DNA of 64,000 bases. Origin: a virus (lineage: Duplodnaviria > Heunggongvirae > Uroviricota > Caudoviricetes). Below, in pieces: positions 63,061-64,000 of the stretch. Both the position numbers and the translations under genes were made by a program. Location of the stretch: IMG/VR virus record IMGVR_UViG_2541047802_000007; one strand, written 5' to 3'. The notes below the pieces were generated by a model, which did not search any database, was not told the origin of the DNA, and was given only the letters and a program-made list of their open reading frames with translations. Every line of letters starts with the position of its first letter. Within the stretch, counting starts at the first letter, position 1.

Positions 63061-63650
63061 TGCATTGGCCCCGTGGTTCCGCCGCTGTCGCCACGGTGGA
63101 TATGCTTATCCGTCGATTTGCCATTGATGATGGCATCCGGGGCAGTAATATTGCTGTCGAACTGGCTTTTACCTTTAACGCCCAGACCTTTCTGGATCTC
63201 AACGTCGCCGGTAAACGTGGTTCTGGGTGTATCAACGGTCATACTTTCATCGGCGTAAATCTCAACCGTTTTACAGGTAATGATGCAGCGCCCGTCCTTT
63301 GTCAGCCTGATACGATGTCCCTCGTGGTGGTAAATGCCTGCATCACCCGGTTCAAGATTTGTCGGGCGGTAGCGGCGGTCTTCCACCACAACGGCAATCC
63401 CCTGATCACGTTGTGCACCCACACAGGCAATCAGCGCCTCTGCGCCCGGCAGAGGAACGCTGAAATGCCCGTAATTTTGCAGGCGCTCCACTTCATCAGA
63501 TTCCTCATCATCCAGCAGACCGACCTGCAGGTTCTGAACCTTTCGCCCGTCGTTAATCACGTTAACAACGGCACGCGCAAGCATCAGACGCACACGACGC
63601 ATCAGCGGTGCCAGCAGGCGGTTCATGGCGGAATCATTTACTCTTTCCAC
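63057..63650 (-). CDS. Baseplate assembly/spike protein V-like (Mu gp45-like)
   Basis: 197 aa. Confidence 0.6.
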   Translation of the reverse strand: MERVNDSAMNRLLAPLMRRVRLMLARAVVNVINDGRKVQNLQVGLLDDEESDEVERLQNYGHFSVPLPGAEALIACVGAQRDQGIAVVVEDRRYRPTNLEPGDAGIYHHEGHRIRLTKDGRCIITCKTVEIYADESMTVDTPRTTFTGDVEIQKGLGVKGKSQFDSNITAPDAIINGKSTDKHIHRGDSGGTTGPMQ

Positions 63651-64000
63651 GGCGGCGTTTTCTCCGGGTGTCTGCGATAATAATCTTCAACCAGCGCATC
63701 AATACCGCCGTTACTGTCGCCGCCTTTCCTGTTTTTACGGTCGCTTTCAACCGGCACCAGAAAGCCTTCGCGTGGTGCAAGGCTGACGCGGGTTTTCAGC
63801 CCGTCCTGGTCATTCAGTATCAGGGTGACTTTGCTGACCAGTAATTCTGTGGTTTTGATGGCATATATCGAGGCATCAATAGTGACCAGCAGGTTCGGCA
63901 TCCAGAGTTGCCCGTCCTTGCGTGTCCATCCGTCAATTTCTGCCTCAAAGGTGATGGATTTTGCCAGTCTGCGGCGTTGCTCACGCAGGGCGCGGGCCTG
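63638..64000 (-). CDS. Tail/baseplate protein (Mu gp44-like), partial: 5' end beyond window
   Basis: Frame stays open upstream of track M at 63901 to window edge. Confidence 0.45.
   Translation of the reverse strand, partial: QARALREQRRRLAKSITFEAEIDGWTRKDGQLWMPNLLVTIDASIYAIKTTELLVSKVTLILNDQDGLKTRVSLAPREGFLVPVESDRKNRKGGDSNGGIDALVEDYYRRHPEKTPPWKE

Larger units (their letters stand above)
55330..64000 (-). mobile_element. Mu-like transposable prophage, right-end portion (continues beyond window)
   Basis: Terminal tgaagcggcgcacgaaaa...; mom-com-gin, G-type segment, S/U and baseplate genes with Mu-like order and sizes. Confidence 0.8.

Noticed and set aside
55330-64000. e14-type cryptic prophage remnant
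   Set aside because: The terminal sequence and the mom-com-gin arrangement with Mu-sized baseplate genes fit a Mu-like transposable phage better; e14 carries mcrA next to pin instead.

Overview
Window is almost entirely prophage DNA from an enterobacterial-type chromosome. (1) Positions 1-14118 are the exact reverse complement of 16020-30137 (axis ~15069): a ~14.1 kb perfect inverted duplication whose inner ends coincide with the two 26-bp crossover sites of a Pin/Gin-type invertible tail-fibre segment (14093-16045). From the centre outwards each arm carries an invertase remnant truncated after ~41 codons, a GmrSD-like type IV restriction gene, a frameshifted dinI-like gene, a tRNA-Pro 3' fragment, a small islet with GIY-YIG-like and PD-(D/E)xK-like genes, an ssrA 3'-end att core, and the immunity/replication half of a 186/P2-like prophage (RES-like cargo, int, cI, apl, cII, dam, A). 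(2) From ~30.2 kb the 186-like prophage continues: LexA-box-controlled tum/dinI-like module, cos-like sequence, an AT-rich 469-aa cargo gene, P2-type head, lysis and tail genes with a second AT-rich 566-aa cargo gene between S and V, ending in an ogr/B zinc-finger gene cut at 55329. (3) The cut is made by the right end of a Mu-like transposable prophage (MuA-binding end, mom-com-gin, G-type invertible segment, tail fibre and baseplate genes) that runs to the window edge. No rRNA, CRISPR array or IS transposase was seen. Everything is read by eye from the sequence and ORF track; no searches were run, and hand-derived coordinates may be off by 1-2 bp.
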